A program made the translations under genes and the position numbers. Positions 12,306-23,874 of a stretch of DNA of 64,000 bases are shown here, one piece after another. The stretch covers positions 372,001 through 436,000 of the forward strand of contig OZ025791.1 of the NCBI GenBank assembly GCA_964019425.1, read 5' to 3'. Source of the DNA: Flectonema sp. DT1601. Its lineage: Eukaryota. A model generated the notes under the pieces. The model was given only the letters and a program-made list of their open reading frames with translations, was not told where the DNA came from and did no database searches. Numbering within the stretch: position 1 is the first letter of the stretch; each line of letters starts with the position of its first letter.

Positions 12306-13604
12306 TTACGCTTTTGCAGATGCTTTGCGTTCTCGGGGTTCATCTTCGGCAACTGAAGACTTTTGAATGTAGTCGGTGTAGGGATTGTCGTCGTCTGTGG
12401 CTCCGTAATTTACTCGCATTGGTGTTGGAACTTGTGATCTTGGATCTCGTGTAGGTGATTCTGATTTTCTCATCGCTTCCGATAAAAGAGTTTTTGAGTC
12501 TTCTCCAAAACAATTTCTTTGTAGTTGTAACGCCATCAAGTTCTTGTTAGTAGTTATCATCTCTGCAAGTACAGCTGCTCCAGGAGGTCCTATTTTATTG
12601 TGCGACAAGTCTAATTGTTTTAATGTTGTGTTCTTTGACATCGCCTTGGCAATTGCATCTGCTCCAGCATCACCGATATCGTTGTTGCTGAGGTTTAGTT
12701 TTTCTAGACTACCCAGGCTTACCTCCAGGACTTTTGATATTTCTCTACCGCCGAAGTCACCGATGATGTTGTGAGCAAAATTCGCGCTTTTTAAAACAGT
12801 TTTCCCAGCGATGAGCGCGTTTGATATTTTATCAAGTCCATCATCACCAATGCTATTCCATGAGATGTTTACATCCGTTATCAGCTCATGGTCTCGAAGT
12901 AGTTCCGCAATGGCTGCAGCTCCCTTCTTACCAATATCATTGTGCCATAAACAAAGGTTATTATGAATGCCTTTAACACCCCATGTTCGCCATGCTTCAC
13001 AAATGTGTTGAGTTCCTTCATCCGATAGCCCAGGACTGTCTTTTAATGGTCCAGATTGACCTCCTAAGTCTAATTGAAAGAGTTGGTTCTTTTCCATTGC
13101 TGCTGCCAATATCTTAGCACCTCTGTGGCCTATCTTATTCCATGATAGGTTGACCTTAGTCAAGTCAAGATTTGATCGTAGTGCTGTACCTAGAGCTTGT
13201 GCAGAAATACAAGTAAGTTCATTCCCCAACATATTTAAATCCGTCAGAGATCTGTTCGTAAGAAGGGCTCCAGCTATGGAAAGTCCTCCACCATCACCAA
13301 TGCCGTTGCATGAGATGTTGAGAGTTTTTATAAAATTATTAACCTTCAGTACCTGTGCAAGATATTTAAGTCCATCGTCGCCCATGTTGTTGTGCGAGAA
13401 ATCAATGCTTGTGATGGTCGTGTTCTTCTCGAGTGCCTTCGCGACAACCATCGTTCCCTCCCATTCAATCATTTTGCCGGGTAATAAATCGAAAGTTGCT
13501 TTCGTCTTTAACCAAACATTCCATTTTCCTTTGTGCTCTTTCTCAACTTTTTTTGTTTTTGGGAACTTTCCCGGTGCTGGAATCTTATCCTTCTTTTTAC
13601 CCAT
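12306..13604 (-). CDS. Leucine-rich repeat protein (RNI-like/NLRC3-type 28-aa repeats)
   Basis: Repeated LxxLxLSxNxIGDxGAxxLAxAL units. Start moved to MGKKK (13604), which follows a U-rich CAG acceptor. Confidence 0.9.
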   Translation of the reverse strand: MGKKKDKIPAPGKFPKTKKVEKEHKGKWNVWLKTKATFDLLPGKMIEWEGTMVVAKALEKNTTITSIDFSHNNMGDDGLKYLAQVLKVNNFIKTLNISCNGIGDGGGLSIAGALLTNRSLTDLNMLGNELTCISAQALGTALRSNLDLTKVNLSWNKIGHRGAKILAAAMEKNQLFQLDLGGQSGPLKDSPGLSDEGTQHICEAWRTWGVKGIHNNLCLWHNDIGKKGAAAIAELLRDHELITDVNISWNSIGDDGLDKISNALIAGKTVLKSANFAHNIIGDFGGREISKVLEVSLGSLEKLNLSNNDIGDAGADAIAKAMSKNTTLKQLDLSHNKIGPPGAAVLAEMITTNKNLMALQLQRNCFGEDSKTLLSEAMRKSESPTRDPRSQVPTPMRVNYGATDDDNPYTDYIQKSSVAEDEPRERKASAKA

Positions 13605-13810
13605 AGTAGTTCGGGTGCTGAGGTTGAAAAAAAAAAACATGGTAAAGCTCTATTTTTTTTTTTTTTTTTTTAAAAAACTCCTACAAATTTAAATGAATTA
13701 TTTCCCGCATATTACGTATTGTGTGACTGATGTAATTGATTTAATTAAAACTTTCATACAATATTTTTGACACTGGTAATATTCACATAAGAAGTTAATT
13801 CAGTACTGTC

Positions 13811-14801
13811 TCAGTACTTTTCTTGCATGCACAGAGTGCCGCAGTCGTTATCATCGTGTACACGTGCCGTGATGTTATTTTCTGTTTATTTTGTTGTGTT
13901 TTGTTTTACTGACACAGCTCCTGTGACACGTTAAGTTTGACATACTAATCAGCGTTGGCTTGCATCCAGCTTTTATTCTAATTTTATCCTTTATTGTATT
14001 GTCGGAGAATGTTCCTGTTGCTTTATTGGATATAGACACTGCCCAGTATCCTATTCCTTCGAGAACATTCCCTTTGAATAAAACATCTCCGTAGTTGTCC
14101 AGGTGAAAACCCGTACCAGTGCAGAATGAGATGTCATTTTTTAAGATTTCAGGACGAAGTATTTCTTGTTCTTGAGAACCCATTTGACAGAATGCATAGA
14201 TTCCAGTTGATGGTCCTTTTATTATATTTGAAGATATCTTTGTTGCCGCGTTGTCGAGTATGATTCCACAAGAACCTTCCTTTCCTGTTCCACTAATTTC
14301 ACACTTTGTGATAACTCCCTTTGCATTAGGAAAACAGTACAAACATCCCTTATCGGCATTCGAAAAGATGCATTCTGTGATGCGAGGATCACTGTAAGGC
14401 CATATTGACAGTAGGTTAGTTCCTTCTAAGAATTTACACTTTGAGATAATGATGTTGTTGCCTTGTTGTATTATAGAGTCTCCATGAATAACTAGATTAC
14501 TCATCGTAACATTATCTGACAAACATGTAAAACCTTTTGATAGGATTGGAGATCCCAACTCAGGGTGATCGTATCCCGATATGCAGGCAGGTTTAGTTAT
14601 CTCAACGTCACTGTAAGTACCCGGATTTAATAAAATCTTATCTCCTTCAGTAGCCTTTATAAGAGCATCACCAACTTGTTGTATTTCACTCCATCCACCG
14701 ACTATCCAAGTCTTCTGACCATCAGGTCTTTCTGGTTCTTTCTCTTGTTCTTTTTTATCATCCTTTTTATCATCTTTCTTCTTCCCCTTTCTCGGGGGCA
14801 T
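13811..14801 (-). CDS. Right-handed beta-helix (PbH1/NosD-like) protein; exons 14801-13946 and 13881-13811
   Basis: GDKILLNPGTY plus repeated I..C.I/GI motifs. Splicing gives the C-terminus KPTLIKNNITARVHDDNDCGTLCMQEKY*, which continues the repeat pattern. Confidence 0.8.
13882..13945 (-). other. Spliceosomal intron, 64 nt
   Basis: gtatgt...aaacacaacaaaataaacag; removal opens a 23-codon terminal exon. Confidence 0.8.
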
Positions 14802-17800
14802 TTTGTTCTATGTCAAAAAAAAAAAATAAAATGAATGCAATGACAAACAAATGGCATGAGATTCTCAGAAGTCAATAAAAAAATAAAATAAAACTAAACC
14901 TGAAGAGTACTAATCGATCGGCTACACATTTTCGAACAGTTTTGATCACCACATTGCACGGTAATAAGAACAAAAAAAAATAGAGGAAATATAATTGATT
15001 CACACCACACCTAAGGTAGCCTTCAGTTCGATAAAATAACAAAGAAATCATGTACGAAAGCAAGAAAGAGAAATATCGAGGAAATATCAAAACATCAGGA
15101 TGGTTTTTTTCCGCGACACGAAATCACGGAAAGAGAAGAACACAGTTATTTATTTATTTTTTTTTTTTTAAATACAGGGAAGAAGACACATTGGCTAGTA
15201 TAGTTCTTTTGCTTTTCGTTGTCTACTGGAATTCTATCTGACTTTAAAAGTGTAAGCCAAGTACAAGTTGCGTCGTATCGTATGTCTAGTAGTAGGGTAG
15301 TCAGAATACAATAAGAACATTTTAAACTGTCAGTACTCTACTCCACTCACGTTAGACGCATTTCTTGTCCCAGCCTGGTGTACCACGTTGTTACTTTTCT
15401 TTGGTGTTTTAACCAGAAAAAGACGAAATAAAAAACTGCATTTTTGTCGTTACCATCCCGAGGATTCAAAAAGAAACGGGAAAAAAAAAAAAAAAAAAAA
15501 AAAACTGAGCGAATTATAGTTAGATAAAATTATTTAAATAACTCTTTACCATCAGAAAGAAGTTATGCAACAACCTAGAATAGCTAACGAACTTGGCAAA
15601 CATAAAAAATATCACAACAATCGAGGAACTTTAACATTTTATTTTGCCATAAAAAGAAATTATATTTGCGAGTAAGACAGCTGGTTTTTCTTGTGGTAAA
15701 ATAAATCCACACCAGATCGAGGAAGTTAGACAGAAATATTGAACATCATTTTTTTACAGATGCAATGTAGTGAATGACAGAGTCAATGAGTCATATAGCA
15801 CAGTAAATAGAATGTTTATTACACTCCAAGAGTTCTTTACAAATCAGGAAAAAGCCTTTGTTCTTCTGAACAAGACTTTATTTTCGTTTTTTTTTTGTTT
15901 TTGTTTTGTTTCATTGAAAGCTTTTGCAAATTAAGCTCTTACATGATTTCTCTTTTTTTTTTTTTTTTTTTTCTTTTCAAAATTTTTTTTTGTTTTTTTT
16001 GTTTTTTTTTTGTTGGGGTGACAACATAACTCAGGGCAAAAATAACTATTTAATAATTCTTTTTCTTTTTCTTTTTTTTTTTTTTTTCTTTCACCCATTT
16101 TCTCAAAGGTAGCACCAGATATTGTAGCAAACAATATTGCAAGAAAAAAAAAATAAATAAATAAACAACCACCATAAATAAACAAGTGTGAATTGCTTTA
16201 TCAGACCTCCTAAGGATTATATTTTTAACAATCGGATCACATTTATAATTATGCAGACCAAGAGAGCAGATAAATTCATATTTCTTCTACCCGTCGGTTG
16301 ATTGACTTGTTGTCAACAATAAGAGTAAGAGAGTTGCTAATATTACTGAAGTAATTTAACAAATTTTTATATCGATTTAATCTTAATGAGTACTTTTGAG
16401 AGAGTTCAGAAAAAAAGAAAAAAAAAAAAAAAAAAAAAGGGAAAAAATAATATAATCACATTGCACAACCTAACAGGAATATAGTTGTTTGTTGTTTTTT
16501 TTGATTATTGCTATCTAAGCAGCAACGTAATTTTGCAAAAAAAAAAAAAAAAAAAAAAAATTCTTTGTTCTATTAACGTTTGATTGATCGATTCTTTTTC
16601 TTAGTATAAATTCACTTCTGTCTGAACACGCAGTGTACGACCGAAGTTACTACCCAAGACAAAGAGAACAAAACATAAGCAGAAGAGAGAGTGCGCTACC
16701 GATCAGATAAATGGCAAGTACGGAAAACAAGCAGCACACCCAGGGAATGTAATAACAAAAATGCAAGTTTTTTGTTTCTATTTTATTTTCGTTCTGTCGT
16801 ACGAGTACTACAAAACCAACGATATTGATGGCCAGTAGGGTATTCAGCATAACAAGTCCATGTGGAAAAACTTGCAGGCCGTTAAAGTATACTTTGTAAA
16901 GACAAAAAAAGAGAGAGGGAAAGTCAGGTAAGGGGGAAACAGCTAAAATGAAAGCTGTTGTTTTTCCTGCATCTTACCAAAATGACTTACTGATACTGGT
17001 CAAAAAAGAAAGAAACAACTAACAAAAAAGAAAAGAATCATCTCCTGGCCGTTGCTCTGCAAAAAGCAGTAGCTAATAAAAGATTGAAAAAATACAACCA
17101 GGAGAAGGGGAAAGAACGATTGAGATCTAAGAGTAATGAAAAGGTTCACAATTTTTTTTTTTTTTTGGAATTTCATTAAATTGAAAATACATTTTTTTTT
17201 TTTTTTGTGGACACCATTGCTATCCAAAAAAAAAGATAAATTTTATTCATCTTTTCGTGATCTACTTAACAAAGGAAGGGATAGAGGGAGGTTTTGGTTG
17301 AGTTATTGCCAAACTTATTCTACATTTTCATACGTCACAATCTCCCTCTCTCCGTGATTCTCACGGGAGTAGATTCAATCGACGGCTCATGGTTAACTCG
17401 TTCAATACAAGATCATCGACGTATCCGTATCAGGTATTTCACACTCGTTGCTGTTGTCGAAGACTCAGCATGGAATATACCGTCCTTTACAGTAGTCTAC
17501 AACATTACGTCATATTGAAGTAAGAAATTAAAAAAATAATAAAAATAAAAAAAAATATCATAATAATAATTCTTATTGTGACGAACACAATCAGAGAACA
17601 AATCTTTTTTTTTTTTTTTTTTTTTTTTGATTAAAAAAAATAATGCCGAGCGGATTCATGGACCACCCAAACTCTTGTTTTCAGAGTAAGACACGACATT
17701 TTCTTTTTTTCCGAAGTTTTCGTAAGTGAAAAATAACTTAACGGCTACGATTAGTACGCACACAAATCATATCCACACTGATTGCCAACCGAGAACGAAA

Positions 17801-19131
17801 AAAAAAACCATTTTAACAACGGCGTTCTTGCACAAAAGATTCGCTAGGGACTTTACATAAATGAAAACGCAGCGAAAACGACGAAAAAAAATAAAAAAAT
17901 TGGCTTTTTATCTTAAACAAAACCGAAAAATAGTAATAACACCATTGATGCTTCGTTTGTGCACGAAACCGCGAACCGATAAAAGTAAAAGGGTTTACGT
18001 GTGCTGCCAACATTCTTTTTCGCTCCTACAATGCTTGCTAAATGCAAAAAGAAGAATGGAAGAAGAAGAAAAAAAAGAGGGTTTATTTTATTGTGTGTGC
18101 GTGTTGTGAGTATTCCACAGCAGAACGCTATTACTAGTGCTCGGGTGCTAAAAATTCTGATTTTTAGACTTTCATAAGGGAGAGGTTTTTGTGATTAGGG
18201 GAGGGAATATTTTTTTTTTTTTTTTTTTGATTCTTATAACCTGGTTATTTGAATAAATTGAAAATATCATGCGTTTTTTTTCTAACTTACCCCTAATAAT
18301 AACTCCATATTATGAAGCTTAATGTTACAAAAATTAAAAAAAAAAAAATCCTGAAGCCTATATGCACGCAAGCTAGAATAAGAGGAGGGAAAAAAAATAG
18401 TTTCGAAAAGAACAAGGAAAAGAAATAGAAAAGTACATCATCGTTCGCAGCACATCTGCGCTGAGCTTATAAACTGACTTGTGTGCGTTTTGAAAAAAAG
18501 TAAATTTCTATTAAAAAAAATACATAAAAATAAAAAAAAAAAAATATCACACATTCCTGAAATCAAAAAAACTATGCAATCGCAAAGTGTACTTTGCAAA
18601 CATATAGTTAATTCATCAGAGCCAAAGATCTCAAAAGATCCTTGTGAGTAATACCAAGCACAAAAAGAAATAAGAGATGGGAAGACTTAACTAACATAAC
18701 GACGTATCTCGGTTTGTCGAGTTCTGTCGTGACATAGAGGACCCGATAAAACATATTTTTTCTTTCTTTTTTTTTTTCAAAAAAAAAACATGCGAGAAAA
18801 GAAACAGAAAATAATAACATTAACTATTTAAAACCTTAAAAAAAAAATGATAAAAAAAAAAAAATTTAAAAAAAAAGATTATTTCTATGAAATAACCAAT
18901 AATGCTTAGAGATCAAAAGAGGAAGGGAAAAAAAAATAACGAAAAAAAAATGATCAATAAAAAAAAGAAATACAAAGTATACCACAAGTATGGTTCAGGC
19001 AATAAATTATTTTCGTTGATTTTTCTTTTTTTTTTTTTTTAAAAAATACCGAACAGCTGCAGTAATTGCAGCGAACAACGTAACTGATATGAATATAACT
19101 TAATAAAAAACACCGTTTGCAACTAAGAAGC

Positions 19132-19584
19132 CTAACAGATTATACAACAGCTGTCTTGTTTAACCGAAGACGGCTTATACGATGGTATTCTTGAGTTAGC
19201 AGTCTTCTTCACTGACGTACGACTCCGCCGTTGACTCATAAACTGCTGCAATGCCTTCGGTGGCGGAGGAGGAAGAGAAGCAGCAGACGTAATACGATCT
19301 CTTACTGAACATTCAAGTTTCATAAGTTGACCTATTTCCAAGTTGGCTCTTCTCAATTTTTCAAGAGAGTCATGGTCAGTTTGAATGTGTTTTAGTTTCA
19401 ATGCGAATCTCTTTCTTTTTGGAACTGTTTTCTTCTCATCAAAAGCCAATAACGGAGCTGCTATTTTACTAGTCGACGAATTGTATCCGATAGACTCTGA
19501 TGAGTTAGTAGTACAGACTTCAATACCAATCTTTGCGCTATCTAACTCGGAAGATGTAAAACTTTGAATTGATGAAGTTGGCAT
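19132..19584 (-). CDS. Small hypothetical protein with C-terminal CaaX box (SCCIIC)
   Basis: ORF from MPTSS follows a ttcttcaatattcag acceptor and ends CCIIC*. The upstream in-frame extension is low-complexity UTR. Confidence 0.7.
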   Translation of the reverse strand: MPTSSIQSFTSSELDSAKIGIEVCTTNSSESIGYNSSTSKIAAPLLAFDEKKTVPKRKRFALKLKHIQTDHDSLEKLRRANLEIGQLMKLECSVRDRITSAASLPPPPPKALQQFMSQRRSRTSVKKTANSRIPSYKPSSVKQDSCCIIC

Positions 19585-19722
19585 TTTTAGGTTTGGGTGT
19601 GTGGATAATAGTTCACTGAATATTGAAGAATAATTATTAATATATAAAAAATAAATTAAAAAAAACCACAACAAAAAGAACAATACTCCTTCAACATGTG
19701 TAAACATGTTTGTGTATTAACA

Positions 19723-20250
19723 TTACAAAATAAACTCATGTTCAGGACCAATAACATTAGTAGCTGACTGAGCAGTTGATATGTGTGGAATTAGAGGTTG
19801 TTTGCTGGGTGGTAGTCCTCTTTTGATTAAATGAGGATTAGAATGTCTTCTCCCATTTGTTGTATTTGAAATTGTTGTAGTCGGTGATGGTTTCTCAAGA
19901 TAGCTTTCAATAACAGAATTCAAATCAATTTCTTTTGGAGGAGGTTTCGTCACCTCATCAGGAGCAGCAAGTACCTTGTTGAGAATGGCTTCCCATTTCA
20001 ACTCAACAGGTTCAAGAATACCTTCAGTAGTATCGGTCTCTGTTTCTATTTGATATTTTCTATACATGCAGTTTGCTATACTCTCAGCGTTCATTTCTGT
20101 TATGATTTCACTATCCTTGACATCATTTCCACGATAAGCATTTCTTGAATAAACTTGACGCCCTCGCACTGGTGCAGTCGACGGTCTCGATGGCGGCACT
20201 GGTGGAACCGCAGTCGTTCCAACCCCCGCTGTTTGATTGAATCGAGGCAT
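19723..20250 (-). CDS. Hypothetical proline-rich protein
   Basis: 175-aa ORF with coding-like composition; ATG directly follows ttaccccctcctgcag. Confidence 0.7.
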   Translation of the reverse strand: MPRFNQTAGVGTTAVPPVPPSRPSTAPVRGRQVYSRNAYRGNDVKDSEIITEMNAESIANCMYRKYQIETETDTTEGILEPVELKWEAILNKVLAAPDEVTKPPPKEIDLNSVIESYLEKPSPTTTISNTTNGRRHSNPHLIKRGLPPSKQPLIPHISTAQSATNVIGPEHEFIL

Positions 20251-20785
20251 CTGCAGGAGGGGGTAAATAGTTTTGAGTATTTAAAACATATTATCATCGA
20301 AGTGAAACTGAGAAAGTTTGCCAGAAGATTCCTGCAACAGATGGAACTATTTCTTTGCTTCGGCAACAGTATCTGCTCTTTATAGTGTGCCTACACAAAT
20401 AAAAAATGCCCCCCTCTTCAAAAAAAAAAAAAAAAAAAAAACAGAACAAAAAATATAATTCGGAAATGTAGACGCAAAAAAAACCAGTGTTTCTTGCTTG
20501 CCTGTTTTTTTTTGACGAAAAAAACAAAATAAAATAAATGTAACAGCTAGGGTTACATTCGACTAATTTATTTTTTTTTTAATCAATGGCCAAAGTAACT
20601 AAACTAAAATAACAAAAAAAAAAGATACGTATTTCAACACCGAACAACAAAGGGAATGACTTTTTTCTAAATTCTTAAAATCTATTTTCTTTTTTTTTTT
20701 TTTTCTTTTAAAAAGAAATAAAACAACTAACTACTACTGATGTACCTACTAAGTGAAGACAATGCTATGAGACTATGCTACGAAG

Positions 20786-21715
20786 TTATTCAAAATATCG
20801 AATGCTGTCCTTAACAGACTTGTGAGGAGATCTGATGATGACCACCTGTTGTGTTTATTTGTTTTGTGATGTTTATTATTAAAATCTTGTCAGGCATCGG
20901 TTATATAAAAAACAAACCTTGGGAGAATTTACAGAGTCTCTTCGTTGAACAGGAGAGTTAACAGAAACATGGCGAAGTTTATTTCTGTGAGCACGCAGTT
21001 GATTGCCCGGAGATTGAAGTGGGGAAGCAGGAGGTGAAGCAGCGTCTATCGGTGTCTTCTGAGATGAAGAAGGTGAACGAAATATATTTCTCATACTCGA
21101 AGTTGGTGACCCAGTTTGACAAGATGTCGAATCAGAATCTAAACCAGCAATGAACTGACGCTCTGCTTCAGAATCAGAATCTGATGTAAGACATTCGTCT
21201 AAAAGTAGAACTTGTTCAATGGCTGCTTTTTTAGCAGCTCTTTTACGTCGTTTTACTTTTAATCGCCGCTGTTCTTCTTCATACTTACAGGATGAAGCAA
21301 TGATCATAGAATCTTCTGGAACAACTATTTGTCGTGTTGCGAGTCTTTTAGGACTTTGACTATCAGGGCTGAGCTGTCTGGTAATTCCGGAGTGAAAATT
21401 TCTGTTAACAGCACTGCTGGCTCTGGGTCGGGCGATTACTTTTCTTGATTTCTTTGTTTTATCACCCAGATACTCTCCTCCTTTGTAGTTGAGAAGATCC
21501 GGTTCCATATTGTCGTTTTGATTTCCCTTTCCTAAACCAGATTTTGGAAGTTTCCAAACCTTTTCTCTTGTTTTTACACATTGATAGAAGACTCTATCCC
21601 CTTTTGATGCTTCCCTCCAGACGTACTGTAATTCTCTCATAGTCTTACCTACGAAAATCCAATAAGTATCTTCATCGCTTTGGTGTTCCCAATACAATTT
21701 CTTGTGCTTTTGCAT
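20786..21715 (-). CDS. Hypothetical protein with N-terminal WW-like domain; exons 21715-20918 and 20845-20786
   Basis: WREASKGDRVFYQCVKTREKVWKLP is WW-like, followed by a Ser/Pro-rich tail. Spliced end reads NSPK|VVIIRSPHKSVKDSIRYFE*. Confidence 0.75.
20846..20917 (-). other. Spliceosomal intron, 72 nt
   Basis: AAG|gtttgt...acaaaacaaataaacacaacag|GTG; contains the in-frame stop of the ORF-track call. Confidence 0.78.
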
Positions 21716-21826
21716 CTGTTACTTTAGGAATGGAAATAAAGTTGACAAAAAGAGTAAAAACAAATCATAATAAAACAAAAAAAAAACTGTGTAAATGGTG
21801 GAGAACTAATTACTTTTTTTTTTATA

Positions 21827-23512
21827 TTACCAGGAACTTATTTTTAGTTTTATGAATGAAAACTGATCGAAGGTAACCGATGAAGAGGATAGAACTGTAG
21901 TTGATTTGAGTAATTCACGCAAACGTTGGTGAAATAGTTCATCATCGAGACCGACATAAGAATTGTTGTTTTGAAGATGAGTTAATAAAACATTACCAGA
22001 GAGAGGTGATATATGGATCCATTCATTGCGAAGATCGTCTTCCGTCGGAACTGTTGTCCAGTTCATTAATGAAAGATCTAGCTTACTGATTGCATTATTG
22101 TCATCAAACACTTCTTTACACAATCGATTTGAATCTATTCTGTGTTGAGCACCAGCCTCAACATCTAATGGTGTGATCATTCCAACATTGCATAGCAATC
22201 TCGCGAATCTAGATTCTGGTTCATCTTTAATAGTAATAAATCCAATAATGTTGTATATTGTTTGTTGAATTCCCTTTATCTTTACGCAAGATGCTTCGGT
22301 GAACTTAAATCGAACTTGAGGAGCATCAGTCGCAACGATTTTCGATAATAATATTAATTCAGAAATCTTACAAGAGACTGCAAGTAATAAGATTGCTGTG
22401 ATAGTTGTGACTCCTTTTGATAAAAAACATGGATAGCTACCATTTTCATCTCCGACAGTGCAATGTGTGACAGTATCAACATGAATAGCACATGCTGGAT
22501 ACATACATTCGATTGGAGATAAAGACATTAATATCTCTTTAGCTGTACTGCTATCTGGGTCATCGTCAATAAGTTCACGAACATATGCTCGTTTTTCTTC
22601 ATTCTGAATGAATGATGCTTTTCTTAATTCTTCAGCTGAAGTGATAATGTCAGCAGCTACTTGCAATACTTGAGGAAGGCTTCCCAAATGAAAAGAAAAC
22701 ATTACTCCAAGTCCGTCTTCTGATGAAATACAAATCCCATTCTCAGAAGCACATTTCTCCACAACTAATGTTAAGAATGAGTCAACAAGGGATTGGTTCA
22801 CAGCTTGAGGTAATAAATAACTATAAGTTTCATAACCAACCAGCCCAATAGCCATTATTACTCGTTTGTTTGTGATCGATTTCGGTTTTGATGAAATTTC
22901 AGTTTGTTGAAGCTGAGTTGCTACGACCCTGTCGACGAATGGTTCAGCAATAATATAATATTGAATCATATTAGAAAGTGTTTCTATTGATTGGCAATCA
23001 CTCACCCAAACAACCTCAAAAGGTGTCTTCAACGAGATGTCTGCAGGAGAACAAATTGAAACCTGTCGAACTATGCGAATGTTGTGATGAATTGTTGACT
23101 GTTGGATGTCTTTAATTAAACTCATGACTTCTTTCTCATCACCACATATCGACTGCATTATATACTTTCCGATTAACGTTATTTTCGATACAATCCCTAC
23201 AGCTTCATTCCGAAGCTCACTTCGACTCACCAGTCTGTTAAAAATAGTTTCTGGTGGAGGTTCTCCACTTGTCCATTCAGACACGTATGTTACTGAATAG
23301 TTTATAATTGGTTTTGTTCTGTCACTTGGTGACATTGATTTTTGTAGTTCGGCAATCCTAGCTTCCAACTCTTCCACTCGTTTGTCATGTTCAAGTGTCG
23401 CTTTTTTATTATTACTTTCTAAGGCTTCTAAAAGGTTTTTATTAGCTTCGGATAATTTGATTTGTAATTCTCGTACTTCGTCGTAGTTTTTTATGCTGGA
23501 CTGCCATCCCAT
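21827..23512 (-). CDS. BLUF domain + degenerate class III nucleotidyl cyclase + EF-hand-like tail (PAC-like)
   Basis: BLUF pattern YSVTYVSE...RSELRNEAVGIVSKITLIGKYIMQSICGDEKEVMSLIKDI...HHNI. Cyclase-fold pattern IMAIGLVGYETYS...GICISSEDGLGVMFSF...YPACAIHVDTV...VKIKG. Start placed at MGWQSS. Confidence 0.72.
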   Translation of the reverse strand: MGWQSSIKNYDEVRELQIKLSEANKNLLEALESNNKKATLEHDKRVEELEARIAELQKSMSPSDRTKPIINYSVTYVSEWTSGEPPPETIFNRLVSRSELRNEAVGIVSKITLIGKYIMQSICGDEKEVMSLIKDIQQSTIHHNIRIVRQVSICSPADISLKTPFEVVWVSDCQSIETLSNMIQYYIIAEPFVDRVVATQLQQTEISSKPKSITNKRVIMAIGLVGYETYSYLLPQAVNQSLVDSFLTLVVEKCASENGICISSEDGLGVMFSFHLGSLPQVLQVAADIITSAEELRKASFIQNEEKRAYVRELIDDDPDSSTAKEILMSLSPIECMYPACAIHVDTVTHCTVGDENGSYPCFLSKGVTTITAILLLAVSCKISELILLSKIVATDAPQVRFKFTEASCVKIKGIQQTIYNIIGFITIKDEPESRFARLLCNVGMITPLDVEAGAQHRIDSNRLCKEVFDDNNAISKLDLSLMNWTTVPTEDDLRNEWIHISPLSGNVLLTHLQNNNSYVGLDDELFHQRLRELLKSTTVLSSSSVTFDQFSFIKLKISSW

Positions 23513-23874
23513 TTTTTTTGTGTGGTATTTCTTGGTAAGGAAAAAAATAATGTTAGAGACGTTATACTGGTTGGCGTCATTTTCTCGCATGGGGTTTGCG
23601 TCTAACAAAATTATCGAATTACTAAGTTTGAAGGGAAAAAAAAAAATTGAAAAAAACATTTTCGTTTTTTTAAAAAAATCAAATACGTGAGATATGTTTT
23701 TATTTTATTTTTTTAAAAAAAACACACAGTGATGAACATGTATTCCAATTTCACTCTTTTTTTTTTTTTTTTGAACTAAAATAATACAAAAAAAAGAGAG
23801 TTTAAGGAACAGCAGATTATTACCTCTATCACCATAAAAAATAAGAACGAATATCTACTGTTTTGACACGGTTT

